Below are positions 36,518 to 46,845 of a stretch of 64,000 nt of DNA, piece after piece. The DNA is taken from positions 12,010 to 76,009 of the forward strand of contig JAUYAB010000004.1 of the NCBI GenBank assembly GCA_030693705.1. Reading direction: 5' to 3'. The first letter of the stretch is position 1; each line of letters opens with the position of its first letter. Source of the stretch: Ignavibacteria bacterium. GTDB lineage: Bacteria; Bacteroidota; Ignavibacteria; Ignavibacteriales; Ignavibacteriaceae. The position numbers were made by a program, and so were the translations under genes. The notes beneath the pieces are model-generated. The model was not told the origin of the DNA. It did not search any database and was given only the letters and a program-made list of their open reading frames with translations.

Positions 36518-39025
36518 TTAAATTCCTAATTGTAAACCGGCAACAAAATTCCTTTCGGCAGCCGGGAAGAATTCTTTTCCGATAGCGTACATCGAATAAT
36601 AAGTATCATAAATGTTATTCACTTGTAAAAACAATTTCGATTTTGTAGGAGTGTTGAAAAGATTTAGCTCATAGCTGGTAAAGAAATTCATTACAAAATA
36701 AGCGTCGTTCACATTATCACTATAAGCAACAAAGTTGGGATACTTCACCAGATACCCGGCTAATTTATCTCCATAATTGTCGGAGAAGAATTTACCAACA
36801 TATTTCCCATCAACTTGAAAGAAAAGATTATTAATAGAATAACGCAAAGAAACATTTCCGAGATATTTAGGAAAACCGCCGATAGTATTATTGTTAAGTG
36901 AAATGTCTGCAATATAATCTACATTTCGAGTCCCGGGAATAACCTGATATGCTGAAGCTTCAATAATTTTATTTTGGCTGTATGTTGCGTTCAGAATTAT
37001 TTCCAGATTTTCAATCGGTTTTATTGAAGAAGAAAACTCAATACCGGAATGAACGGTTCGCTTTGCGTTCCCCATCATCGGACCGCCGAAAATATCCAAC
37101 CTTCCGTTTTTAACTAATTCATTCTCAAACGACATATAGAAATAGTTAAGATTTATTTGATATTCTTTTTCGTTTAAAGAATAACCAATATCGAAACTGT
37201 TCATAGTTTCCGGTTTTACCAACGGCTTATTATAATCGTAAGTCCCATCGCTTTTCAATTCAAATAGCGGGATTGCACCTCCGCTTGATTCAACCGCATT
37301 GTAATAATCGCTCAATCGCGGTTCTCTTGAAACTCTTGCAAAAGTTGCATACGCACTTTGTTGGCTATTCAGTTTATAATTTACTCCAATACGCGGATTG
37401 AAGAAAATATGATTAATCGAGAAGTCATTACCAAGAAATTTTTCATTGTAGAGACGATATTTATTGTAAGCGATTTGGAGTTCACCTAACAAACCGATTT
37501 GCTCATTCACTTTGTACTGTTCATTCACAAAACCGTTAATGATATTTTTCGCTCCGTTGTATTGATAGTAACGATAATTTATGATGTTATTATCGGTGAT
37601 ATCATCAGCAGAAACTATCGAGCCGTAATGAAGCGAACGATGACTACGGAATTCTAATCCGGCGGTCAATATTCCATTCTTGTGATTTATTTGGATTCTT
37701 GGGATCCATCCGAATTGTTTATTCTCTACCATTCCACGAAGTAAAGTATTTGTTGGAATCATTGTTGAATCAAAACCTCCTTCATTTAATCTAAAATATC
37801 CTCTTACATAATCATCACCATAAAGATTAGCCCAGCTTCCATCGAAATCGAAAAACCCTTTTCCAATTACTAAAAACAGCGCTGAATTAAGAGTAACGTT
37901 ATCGCTGATCTTATACTCATTTAACATTTCATAATGAGGTTGAGAAAAGTTTTCTATCTCCTTGTTCCGTCTTTGATCGAAATAAGTTAACTCTGTGTTC
38001 GAAGCTTCCCAATAAGAAAGATTATATTTCCGTAGATTTTTATCTTTAATCGCAAACTTCGGCAATCCATTATAAACTAAACCATCTTTAATCGGACCAC
38101 CGTATAAGTTTATTTGTGTTGTAAATGATTCATCAATTCTTGAAAGCGAAAAGTAATAAGATTTCAAATCTACCCATGAACGGTCACGGTAACCGCTGCT
38201 AAGTGTTTGAGATACTTTTCCCGAAAAAGAATATTTCCCATCGATCAATCCGCTTGAAGCCGCTACACTATATTTTCTTGTATTGTAACTTCCAAGAGTT
38301 GAAGAAGCTGTAACATATTTATTTAACGAGAAATTGGACGTAATAATATTTATTGATCCTCCAATTGCAGGATAACCAAAAATTCCGCCGGAGCCGCGCT
38401 GCACTTGAATAAACTCAGTTGACGCAAGTATATCTGAAAAATCTACCCAATAAACATTATGATCTTCAGGATCATTTTGAGGAATTCCATTTATCGAAAT
38501 CGATATTCTCCGTTGATCAAATCCGCGGATGCTTAAATAATTATAACCGATTCCATTCCCTCCTTCGGAATAAAATGTGGTGGATGGAATTGAACTTAAA
38601 AACTCCGGAATATCTTGTACTGCATATTTCTTCTGAATCTCTTTTCCGGATATTTCGGAAAAGGTTGCAGGTGTTTCTCCTTTTTTATTCACCGAAGCTG
38701 TTACCAAAACCGTTTGCGCCGGAAATATTTTTCTCTCTAATTTAATCACCAAGTTTCCCGGTGCATCATTTATAGAAACACTTTCATATTTTGATTCATA
38801 ACCGATATGTGTAACGGTTATTTCAAGTCCAGGAACATTTCCATCCAACTGAAGCCGGAAGTATCCCTGGCTATCAGCACTGATGATTTTTTCGGTGTTG
38901 TTGATTCTGATGTTGGCGGAAGGTAATGATTCCATAGTTTCCGCATCAATAACTTTCCCGGAAATAATTTTTTGCTGCCCAAAAGTTATTGCAGAAATTA
39001 AAAAAAAATAAATGATGTATTTCAT
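36518..39025 (-). CDS. TonB-dependent outer-membrane receptor with an N-terminal carboxypeptidase-regulatory-like domain
   Basis: Signal peptide, CarbopepD_reg-like start (ISGKVIDAETMESLPSANI), plug-domain motifs, and a long beta-barrel ending in an aromatic-rich C-terminus. Confidence 0.9.
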   Translation of the reverse strand: MKYIIYFFLISAITFGQQKIISGKVIDAETMESLPSANIRINNTEKIISADSQGYFRLQLDGNVPGLEITVTHIGYESKYESVSINDAPGNLVIKLERKIFPAQTVLVTASVNKKGETPATFSEISGKEIQKKYAVQDIPEFLSSIPSTTFYSEGGNGIGYNYLSIRGFDQRRISISINGIPQNDPEDHNVYWVDFSDILASTEFIQVQRGSGGIFGYPAIGGSINIITSNFSLNKYVTASSTLGSYNTRKYSVAASSGLIDGKYSFSGKVSQTLSSGYRDRSWVDLKSYYFSLSRIDESFTTQINLYGGPIKDGLVYNGLPKFAIKDKNLRKYNLSYWEASNTELTYFDQRRNKEIENFSQPHYEMLNEYKISDNVTLNSALFLVIGKGFFDFDGSWANLYGDDYVRGYFRLNEGGFDSTMIPTNTLLRGMVENKQFGWIPRIQINHKNGILTAGLEFRSHRSLHYGSIVSADDITDNNIINYRYYQYNGAKNIINGFVNEQYKVNEQIGLLGELQIAYNKYRLYNEKFLGNDFSINHIFFNPRIGVNYKLNSQQSAYATFARVSREPRLSDYYNAVESSGGAIPLFELKSDGTYDYNKPLVKPETMNSFDIGYSLNEKEYQINLNYFYMSFENELVKNGRLDIFGGPMMGNAKRTVHSGIEFSSSIKPIENLEIILNATYSQNKIIEASAYQVIPGTRNVDYIADISLNNNTIGGFPKYLGNVSLRYSINNLFFQVDGKYVGKFFSDNYGDKLAGYLVKYPNFVAYSDNVNDAYFVMNFFTSYELNLFNTPTKSKLFLQVNNIYDTYYSMYAIGKEFFPAAERNFVAGLQLGI

Positions 39026-39040
39026 GATTCGTTTACTCCA

Positions 39041-39070
39041 AAAAAAAAGCCGTCTTGTTAGGGACGGCTT
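39041..39070 (-). terminator. Intrinsic terminator forming the riboswitch expression platform
   Basis: AAGCCGTC (39047-54) pairs with GACGGCTT (39063-70). On the minus strand it is followed by T8, and it lies 20 nt downstream of the TPP aptamer and 16 nt upstream of the receptor ATG. Confidence 0.75.
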
Positions 39071-39087
39071 AAAATAAAATATAAAAA

Positions 39088-39182
39088 TTCCATTTCCCTA
39101 CGCCGGAATTACCCGGATCAGGTTAAAGGGTATGTTCTCAGTCATCACGCACGAAAAAGTGGGACAACACCCCTAACGGTTA
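39088..39182 (-). promoter_or_regulatory. TPP (THI-box) riboswitch aptamer
   Basis: The minus strand reads ...CGTTAGGGGTGTTGTCCCAC...GACTGAGAACATACCCTTTAACCTGATCCGGGTAATTCCGGCGTAGGGAAATG. This matches the conserved GGGGUG / CUGAGA / ACCCUUUGAACCUGAUC-GG-UAAU-CC-GCGUAGGGA core. Confidence 0.9.
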
Positions 39183-39201
39183 TCAGTAAAATAAGAACGG
39201 T

Positions 39202-41850
39202 TTAGTTGAGGACTAACTTTTGTCCAACAACAATTTTATTTGAACTCAATTTATTCAATTGTTTTATATCTTGAATTTCAAGATTAAATCGCCTGGCTAT
39301 AGCATCTAATGAATCCCCTTTTCTAACTTTGTATGAAGTACTGCCGGAAGATTTTTTTGTTACGGAATCTTGAGCTCTTCTACTTGATTTGCTGACGGGT
39401 TCACTATCGCTATAAATTTTTAATTTTTGTCCGGCAAGAATATTGTTATTCTTAATTCCATTCCACTTTCTTATTAAAGAAGATGATACATGAAATTGTT
39501 CAGCGATCTGCCCGATAGTTTCCCCTTTTTTTACGGTATAGTTTGTTAGAATACCGGGAGTTTTGGAGATTGCATCACCCATCGAAGAGGTTTCAGTGTT
39601 GTAAATCTTTAGCACTTGTCCGGCTGAAATATCATTAGAAGAAAGTTTATTCCAGTTACGAATTTGATTGATTCGAACTCCAAATTTATCTGCAATCTTT
39701 CCAAGAGATTCACCACGGTGTACTTTATACTTAAATGTTCTTTGGGTTACACCAATCTTCTCACTGTTGTCTTCAAGTGACGCAAAATTGTTAGTCTTTG
39801 CTTGGCTGCTAACTTTGAGTTTCTGCCCTTTAAAAACTTTATTTGATTTTAAATTGTTCCAATCTTTAAGAACCGCAATACTAACCTTGTATTTACTTGC
39901 TATGGAAGAGAGATGATCACCTCTTCTCACTTTGTAGTAAGTCCAGGTATGCTTCGCAACGTCAACATTGGAACTGGTAGTTTTTTCTTGTGAAGTCTGG
40001 TTGTCTAAACTAGCGTAGTAATCTGCTTTTTCTTCCGAAACATAAATTTTTAAAGTTTGACTTACTTTTATAGTTTCGGTGTATGGAATGTTATTCCAGT
40101 TTCTAATATCGCTAACACGAACATTGAAAAGATCAGCGATACCTAAAAGACTTTCATTCTGTTTAACTTTATAAGAAACAACCGCTTTACCGGCGGGTTT
40201 TAATTGAACAGACTGATCTTGTTCAACCGCTTCATCACTTTCGTCAGTGACAGTTTCGTCGGAAGCCGCATCTTTGGAATCGTTCATCAGCGTCGGAAGC
40301 TGCGCTAATTTTTCATTATTTAGATTTTTATAAGGAGAAACATATTCGTCTGAGTTTGTTTCAACAGAGTTTTCATTCGAGGTTTCTACTGCTGAAGCTT
40401 CATTAGAGTTATAAGCAAAATCTGTTGCAGTAAAGGTAGATTTATAAGGTATTTTTAATCTAATTCCTTTTTTCAATCTCGTTTTTACAGAAATATTGTT
40501 GGCGTCGGCTAAATCTGCTTTTGAAATACCATAATTAGAAGCAACTTTAGCTAATGACTCACCTCTTTTAACCGTATGAAAGGCAAATTGCCGTTTAGCT
40601 GTCTGGGGAACATTTTCCAATGCGGCAGCAAACAAATTTTGCTTGCCAACAGGAATTTTTAACTCATATCCACCAAGATAATTGGCAGGAGTTGAATTCA
40701 TCGTTAATTCAGGGTTTAAATCAGCTAACTCTTCAGCGGATAAATTACATGCGCCTGCAAGATACTCTAGATCAATGGCATCGGAAACTTTGATCGTTTC
40801 GAATTCAAGCTTCTTTTGAAACTCAATATCTGTAAAACCATATTTTTCCGGATCCATTGCAATTAAAGTTGCCGCAATATATTGAGGCACATAGGCTCTT
40901 GTTTCTTTTGGAAGATATTGTTGAAGTTCCCAAAAATCTTTCGAACCTGACCGTCTGATCGCTCTTTGAATTCTTCCTTCGCCGGCGTTATATGAAGCTA
41001 AGGCAAGATACCAATCTCCAAGAGAATTATATAAATCCTTTAAATGCCTGGCGGCAGCTTTAGAGGATTTAAAAACATCTCTTCTTTCATCAAAGTGAAA
41101 ATCTGAAGTTAACCCATAAATTCTACCGGTAGAACGCATGAACTGCCACATCCCAACGGCACCGGCAAAAGAACGGACAGTAGGATTAACACCACTTTCG
41201 ACCATTGAAAGATACAATAACTGTTGTGGAGTACCTTCTTTTGCAAAAATTTCTTTCATCACCGGGAAGTATCTTCCTGAACGAGAAAGCCAAAGAGCCA
41301 TATATTTTCTACCACGTCCTTGCTGGAAATAATCTAACTTTTGTTGAACTTGAGCATTCATAACTAAGGGAATTTCAGAGTCAATTACAATTTTTTCTTG
41401 TGGTTCAGCGGTCTTTGTGTTTGTTGCAAGACTTATTTCCGGAACGGATTTTCCGATCCATTCTTCCAAAGCTGCAAAGGAAGCATTTTCGGGAAGTTCC
41501 GGTAAACCATCAATATAAGATTTGTAGTCATCAATTATTGACGTGGAAAGTTCTGTGTAGGCATCATTCTCTTCTATGCCTGGATAATAACTTAAGTTGT
41601 TGATAATGCGTAAAGCATTTTCGTAATTGGTAATAGCTTCAGAAACACTATTGATTTCCTGTTTTGCTAAAGCTGATACATATGATTGGCGGGCTTGTTC
41701 TAATAATTCGGAAACTATTTCACTTTTTTGAATTTCCGGTTGCGCAATAGCGGCTTGTTCGTTCTTTACTATTTCTTTATTTGTTCCGCATGATGTTAAC
41801 ACGAAAGCTAATAAAGAAACAGCAAGAAGCCGTATAGGGTTTTTTCTCAT
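39202..41850 (-). CDS. Membrane-bound lytic murein transglycosylase D-like lipoprotein with multiple LysM domains
   Basis: Lipobox (LTSCG), SLT catalytic region ([12 protein letters not shown]...GMWQFM...YNAGEG) and about 6 LysM repeats (YKVKxGDSLxxIAxxF...). Confidence 0.85.
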   Translation of the reverse strand: MRKNPIRLLAVSLLAFVLTSCGTNKEIVKNEQAAIAQPEIQKSEIVSELLEQARQSYVSALAKQEINSVSEAITNYENALRIINNLSYYPGIEENDAYTELSTSIIDDYKSYIDGLPELPENASFAALEEWIGKSVPEISLATNTKTAEPQEKIVIDSEIPLVMNAQVQQKLDYFQQGRGRKYMALWLSRSGRYFPVMKEIFAKEGTPQQLLYLSMVESGVNPTVRSFAGAVGMWQFMRSTGRIYGLTSDFHFDERRDVFKSSKAAARHLKDLYNSLGDWYLALASYNAGEGRIQRAIRRSGSKDFWELQQYLPKETRAYVPQYIAATLIAMDPEKYGFTDIEFQKKLEFETIKVSDAIDLEYLAGACNLSAEELADLNPELTMNSTPANYLGGYELKIPVGKQNLFAAALENVPQTAKRQFAFHTVKRGESLAKVASNYGISKADLADANNISVKTRLKKGIRLKIPYKSTFTATDFAYNSNEASAVETSNENSVETNSDEYVSPYKNLNNEKLAQLPTLMNDSKDAASDETVTDESDEAVEQDQSVQLKPAGKAVVSYKVKQNESLLGIADLFNVRVSDIRNWNNIPYTETIKVSQTLKIYVSEEKADYYASLDNQTSQEKTTSSNVDVAKHTWTYYKVRRGDHLSSIASKYKVSIAVLKDWNNLKSNKVFKGQKLKVSSQAKTNNFASLEDNSEKIGVTQRTFKYKVHRGESLGKIADKFGVRINQIRNWNKLSSNDISAGQVLKIYNTETSSMGDAISKTPGILTNYTVKKGETIGQIAEQFHVSSSLIRKWNGIKNNNILAGQKLKIYSDSEPVSKSSRRAQDSVTKKSSGSTSYKVRKGDSLDAIARRFNLEIQDIKQLNKLSSNKIVVGQKLVLN

Positions 41851-41976
41851 TCTCGCTCCGATTGATAAATGAATTACTATGGATTACAAAATAAAACAAA
41901 ACACTTTGTAAGTCAAGTAAAATTTTAACTGAATGTTCTAAGAATATAAAATAACAAGAGGTTACATTCAGATAAA

Positions 41977-43521
41977 TTATAGCGGGATGTTTGAATGTTT
42001 CTTTCTCGGGTTTTTATCAACCTTTGTTTTTAACAATGAAAAAGATTGAATAATCCGTACTCTCGTTTCTGCAGGAGTTATCACATCATCAATAAAACCA
42101 CGCCCTGCAGCTATGTAGGGATTTGCAAATTTCTCCACATAATCGTTTAGTTTTTTTGTTAGTTCAACTTCAGGATTATCGGAAGCCGCAATTTCTTTTT
42201 TGAAAATAATCTCGACCGCACCTTTCGGACCCATAACGGCAATTTCGGCGGAGGGCCAGGCAAAGTTAAAATCTCCGCGAATGTGTTTGGAATTCATAAC
42301 ATCGTAAGCTCCACCGTAAGCTTTCCGCGTTATTACCGTAATCTTTGGAACTGTAGCTTCAGCAAACGCAAACAATAATTTTGCGCCATGTTTTATTATT
42401 CCATTCCACTCTTGATCGGTTCCCGGCAAAAATCCCGGTACGTCTTCCAAAACCAACAATGGGATATTAAAAGCATCGCAAAAGCGGACGAAGCGGGCGC
42501 CTTTAACAGAAGCATTAATATCAAGAACACCGGCTAAACAAGAGGGTTGATTTGCAATAATGCCAACCGACATTCCACCAATTCTGCTAAAACCAACGAT
42601 GATATTTTCTGCATAATTTTTATGAACTTCAAAAAAAGAATCTTCATCAACCAATAAAGAAACGATCTCTTTCATATCGTAAGGTTTGTTCGGGTTATCG
42701 GGAATGATCGTTTCCATTTTCTTCTGAAGTTCGATTGAAGAATGATCAAATTCAATAACAGCGGGTTTATCCATAAAATTTTGCGGAAGATATTCCATTA
42801 ACTTTCTAACCTGAGTTAAAGTTTCAATCTCATTTTCAAAAATAAAATGAGCAACTCCGCTCTTAGACGCATGCGTTTCTGCGCCTCCTAATGCTTCAAA
42901 AGTTACATCCTCATGAGTTACTGTTTTTACCACATTCGGACCCGTTACAAACATATAACTTGAATTTTTTACCATGAAAATAAAATCAGTAATTGCCGGA
43001 GAATAAACCGCGCCGCCTGCGCATGGACCAAGTATAACAGATACTTGAGGAACAACACCCGAAGCTAAAGTATTCAGTAAAAAAAGATCGGCGTAACCGC
43101 CGAGACTTATAACCCCTTCCTGAATTCGCGCCCCGCCTGAATCATTCAATCCGATAACGGGAATACCTAATTTCATCGCCATGTTCATGATCTTGCAAAT
43201 TTTTTCAGAGTTCGTTTCAGAAAGCGAACCTCCAAGCACTGTAAAATCCTGGCTGTAAAGCGCTACTTCCCTTCCATGAATTTTTCCAAAACCTGAAACC
43301 ACTCCGTCACCGAGAATTTCAACTTTATCTAATCCGAAATCTTTACTTCTTTGTTTAACAAAAACATCTATTTCCTGAAAAGAGCCTTCATCCACGAGTA
43401 TTTCAATACGTTCACGCGCCGTTAATTTTCCTTTTTCGTGAAGCGCATTTATCTTATCGATACCTCCGCCAAGCTTAGAAGCTTCTTTCAGACGAATTAA
43501 TTCGGATATTTTATTTTTCAT
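41977..43521 (-). CDS. Acyl-CoA carboxylase carboxyltransferase subunit (propionyl-CoA carboxylase beta / methylmalonyl-CoA decarboxylase alpha type)
   Basis: 514 aa with both carboxyltransferase halves (GGARIQEG..., [12 protein letters not shown]..., [11 protein letters not shown]). Confidence 0.9.
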   Translation of the reverse strand: MKNKISELIRLKEASKLGGGIDKINALHEKGKLTARERIEILVDEGSFQEIDVFVKQRSKDFGLDKVEILGDGVVSGFGKIHGREVALYSQDFTVLGGSLSETNSEKICKIMNMAMKLGIPVIGLNDSGGARIQEGVISLGGYADLFLLNTLASGVVPQVSVILGPCAGGAVYSPAITDFIFMVKNSSYMFVTGPNVVKTVTHEDVTFEALGGAETHASKSGVAHFIFENEIETLTQVRKLMEYLPQNFMDKPAVIEFDHSSIELQKKMETIIPDNPNKPYDMKEIVSLLVDEDSFFEVHKNYAENIIVGFSRIGGMSVGIIANQPSCLAGVLDINASVKGARFVRFCDAFNIPLLVLEDVPGFLPGTDQEWNGIIKHGAKLLFAFAEATVPKITVITRKAYGGAYDVMNSKHIRGDFNFAWPSAEIAVMGPKGAVEIIFKKEIAASDNPEVELTKKLNDYVEKFANPYIAAGRGFIDDVITPAETRVRIIQSFSLLKTKVDKNPRKKHSNIPL

Positions 43522-43540
43522 AGATTATTCTTTTTGTTTA

Positions 43541-43576
43541 AAATAAGAAAAGGCAGCCATTAATTGACTGCCTTTT
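43541..43576 (-). terminator. Terminator hairpin downstream of the 358-aa outer-membrane protein gene
   Basis: AAAAGGCAG (43548-56) pairs with CTGCCTTTT (43568-76), with T-rich sequence after it on the minus strand. Confidence 0.5.
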
Positions 43577-43593
43577 AAGAAATAAATTTTCCC

Positions 43594-44670
43594 TTAGAAT
43601 ATGAAATTCAAACCAACGCTGGCAGCGTTATATTTTGCCAAACTATAATCAACACTGATATTAAGTAAAGCTAATTTAATTGAAGCGCCAACAGTTAAAC
43701 GAGTTTTATTTTCACCGTCCGCTGAGAACGAAACTTTACTTGGAACAGTTACACCTGGAACTGATGTAGCTAAATTTACATCATAAGCAACATCAACACT
43801 TGAACTTTCGATAGCAAAACCGGCATAAGGCGTAATCGAAATTCCCCATCCGAATGTTTTGCTAGCATAAAGTCCGAAGGTGGTAGCGGTTGCTTTGAAA
43901 ATATCGCCAACCTTTAAAGTTTGTGTAAAGAAAGCCGCAGAAACATCAACAGGTAGTGGAACAGGAATGAACATCGCAGGATTATGTTGCAATCCAAATC
44001 CGAAATAACTGAATTTCCCAAGATCACCTAATTCAACACTTGGCAAAAATCTGAACGTAGCCATTGTTCCGTAAACGGTTCCAATAGAAAATTGTGGTGC
44101 AGCTAAGGGTAATGCTGGGGCATCACCTAAAAAACCTTTTGCCCCGGTAGATATTGCTTGTTGATTAATTTTATAAGTTGTACCGCCATAAGTAACGTTT
44201 GCTTCTGAAAAATCTACCATTACTTCCGATTCTTTTTTACCAACTATGGTTGGACCGCTTATTCCAACTGTATATTGCTGTTGAGCTATTTGATTAGCCA
44301 TACCATCTTTTGCAGATTGAGGGAGACCTTGGGTTTGCGTACTGTTGTTTATTAATAACATAGCCTGATCGTTGCTAAACTGAAAAGTTCCACTTGTGCT
44401 AAATGTCTTATTGTTATCGCTAAACATTGTTGCCATTGCAACAACACCCACTTCAATATCAATACCAAAAACTTTGGATGATGGGGATTTATGTACCCAA
44501 CCAGAGTTGAGATTGGAACCGAATGCAGAGATAATGGGAGATACATAAGCCTCTCCGGCTGTACCGGTAAGTTTTGTTAAAGTTTCTTGAAGTGTTTGGC
44601 TGATGCCAACCCCGGAAAACACTAGAGCGAAAAAAATAATCGCTGTAACTAAACTGTACGATCTTTTCAT
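43594..44670 (-). CDS. Hypothetical outer-membrane beta-barrel-like protein
   Basis: Signal peptide, alternating beta-strand-like pattern and a C-terminal ...VGLNFIF aromatic terminus. Family not recognised. Confidence 0.5.
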   Translation of the reverse strand: MKRSYSLVTAIIFFALVFSGVGISQTLQETLTKLTGTAGEAYVSPIISAFGSNLNSGWVHKSPSSKVFGIDIEVGVVAMATMFSDNNKTFSTSGTFQFSNDQAMLLINNSTQTQGLPQSAKDGMANQIAQQQYTVGISGPTIVGKKESEVMVDFSEANVTYGGTTYKINQQAISTGAKGFLGDAPALPLAAPQFSIGTVYGTMATFRFLPSVELGDLGKFSYFGFGLQHNPAMFIPVPLPVDVSAAFFTQTLKVGDIFKATATTFGLYASKTFGWGISITPYAGFAIESSSVDVAYDVNLATSVPGVTVPSKVSFSADGENKTRLTVGASIKLALLNISVDYSLAKYNAASVGLNFIF

Positions 44671-44871
44671 ATTGTTATCCTTTTTGTTATTGACTTGAAT
44701 TTACTTTTTCTATCACCAACCGAAACATATGTAAATCAATATTATCGGTCAAGAGGTTTTTAAATAAATCTCTTTTCGGAAATAAACATATAATATATTT
44801 TCGAAAAACAAAATAACGCATATGCACTATTTTAAAGTTGGAACGAATAGTTCATCTATTACTCAAAGAAG

Positions 44872-45516
44872 CTAACTTTTGAAAAACGGATTAAAACGTT
44901 TTTCTTTTCCAATGGTCGAAGAATTTCCATGTCCCGGGAAAATCTGAGTTTTTTCCGGTAACGTGAATAGTTTGTTTTGAATTGATTTAATTAGCGTTTG
45001 ATAATCTCCACCAAACAGATCTGTTCGTCCAATTGAGTTTTCAAATAAGACATCGCCGGTAAAACAAACTTCACTCATCGGGAAATAGATACAATATTCT
45101 CCCGGAGAATGTCCCGGCGTAAAAAGCAGTTTTATCTCTTCACTTCCTAAAAATAATTGCAGGTCTTCAGTAAGAAAATTTGTAGTTGAAGTAACCGGCA
45201 GCATTTCCATTCCAAACATGCTTGCTTGTGCGGGAGCGTTTTCAAGTAAAGGTTTATCATATTCCGGAATAAAGTACTGCGGATTATATTCCTTTAGTAC
45301 AAAATTATTACCAAAAATATGATCGAGGTGGCAATGAGTATTGAAAAGATATTTGATCGAAAGTTGATTATTCGAAATGAAATTTTGCAGCTCATTCTCT
45401 TCTCTTGCAGAAAAACAACCGGGATCAATTACTACAGCTTCTTTTGATTCCTTTTCCCGGACAACAAAAGTATTCTCCGAAAACGGATTAAATGTAAAAG
45501 TTTTTACTTCGATCAT
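44872..45516 (-). CDS. MBL-fold metallo-hydrolase (glyoxalase II-like)
   Basis: HCHLDH metal-binding motif plus downstream His/Asp ligands (PGHSPG, GDVLF). It overlaps aroC by 4 nt. Confidence 0.85.
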   Translation of the reverse strand: MIEVKTFTFNPFSENTFVVREKESKEAVVIDPGCFSAREENELQNFISNNQLSIKYLFNTHCHLDHIFGNNFVLKEYNPQYFIPEYDKPLLENAPAQASMFGMEMLPVTSTTNFLTEDLQLFLGSEEIKLLFTPGHSPGEYCIYFPMSEVCFTGDVLFENSIGRTDLFGGDYQTLIKSIQNKLFTLPEKTQIFPGHGNSSTIGKEKRFNPFFKS

Positions 45517-46718
45517 TTTAATTTGAAATTTTTACGAATTCGAGATTCAAGTTTTTTACAATACGAATTATAATTGTCTTTCGTTTCCTCAAGTGAATCG
45601 CCGCCAAATTTAATCAGAAGATATTTTGCCAAAACCCATGCAAGCATTGATTCACCAATAACTGCACACGCAGGAACCGCTACAAAATCGCTTCTTTCTC
45701 TTCTTGCATCGACTGCATTAAAGTTAGCCAGATCAATTGATGCAATCGGACTCATCAATGTTGCGATCGGTTTCATTGCAGCTCTCACAATTATTGGTAA
45801 TCCAGTTGAAACGCCCCCTTCAATTCCACCGGCGCGGTTGGTTTTTCTTGTGATGATTTTATCGTAAATAATTTCGTCATGCGAATCTGAACCAAAAGCA
45901 TCTGCACACGCAAATCCGGTTCCAACTTCTACTCCTTTTACAGCGTTGATCGACATGAACGCATGAGCAATGTCGGCATCAAGCTTTGTGTCGTAATGAG
46001 CGAAACTGCCTAACCCAACCGGTAAACCGGAAGCAACGGTAAAGAACGTTCCACCAAGTGTATCACCCCGTTTTTTTGCAAGTTTTATTTTTCTGATAAT
46101 TTTTTCTTCGTGTTCTTCCTCTAAAACTCGGACTTGACTTTTATCCGCCCACTCAGAAAGTTCCCAAGCATCAAAAGTTTTTTTATTGTTGAATAATTCT
46201 TCAGCAAAGTTTTTCTTCGGATAAATTCCTCCGATACTTTCTACAAAACTCCCGATCTTAATTCCAAATTCTTCTAAAAATCTCCGCGCAATTGAACCGA
46301 CAGCAACACGCGCAGCCGTTTCCCTGGCGCTTGAACGCTCGATCGAATTTCGGATATCATCAAAATTATATTTTGAAATGCCGACAAGATCAGCATGTCC
46401 GGGTCTTGGGATTGTGATCTTTTCAACTTTTCCCTTATTATTTTCCGGGGACATTATCTCGATCCAGTTTTCCCAATCGCTGTTTTTAATTAAAAGAGAA
46501 ATTGGCGTCCCTAATGTTTTTTGAAATCGGATACCGGAAAGTATTTCAGCTTTATCAGTTTCAATTTTCATACGCAAACCGCGTCCGTAACCGGCTTGTC
46601 TGCGTGCGAGATGAAAATTAATAAACTCATTTGTTATCGGAATGTTTGAAGGAAATCCTTCGATAATAGCTGTTAAAGCTTTGCCATGTGATTCACCGGC
46701 AGTTAAAAATCTGATCAT
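45513..46718 (-). CDS. aroC: Chorismate synthase
   Basis: Signature regions (GESHG, RPGHAD, SARETAARV, GGxSTG-like). Confidence 0.95.
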   Translation of the reverse strand: MIRFLTAGESHGKALTAIIEGFPSNIPITNEFINFHLARRQAGYGRGLRMKIETDKAEILSGIRFQKTLGTPISLLIKNSDWENWIEIMSPENNKGKVEKITIPRPGHADLVGISKYNFDDIRNSIERSSARETAARVAVGSIARRFLEEFGIKIGSFVESIGGIYPKKNFAEELFNNKKTFDAWELSEWADKSQVRVLEEEHEEKIIRKIKLAKKRGDTLGGTFFTVASGLPVGLGSFAHYDTKLDADIAHAFMSINAVKGVEVGTGFACADAFGSDSHDEIIYDKIITRKTNRAGGIEGGVSTGLPIIVRAAMKPIATLMSPIASIDLANFNAVDARRERSDFVAVPACAVIGESMLAWVLAKYLLIKFGGDSLEETKDNYNSYCKKLESRIRKNFKLK

Positions 46719-46728
46719 TTTTGATATT

Positions 46729-46756
46729 CCTAATTCCTAATTCCTAATTCCTAATT
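46729..46756. repeat. Perfect heptamer tandem repeat (CCTAATT)x4, which is (AATTAGG)x4 on the aroC strand
   Basis: Four exact 7-bp units are read directly from the sequence. They end 10 nt upstream of the aroC ATG (46718). Confidence 0.95.
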
Positions 46757-46792
46757 ATTTAGGCTTTGCAAAGATAAATTGAAAGAAATAAA

Positions 46793-46822
46793 AAACCCAA
46801 TTCCAAAAATGGAATTGGGTTT
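46793..46822 (-). terminator. Rho-independent terminator downstream of htrA
   Basis: AAACCCAATTCC (46793-804) pairs with GGAATTGGGTTT (46811-22), a 12-bp stem followed on the minus strand by a T-rich tract. Confidence 0.75.
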
Positions 46823-46845
46823 GAAATCTCCTTTTAAGTGAAAGA

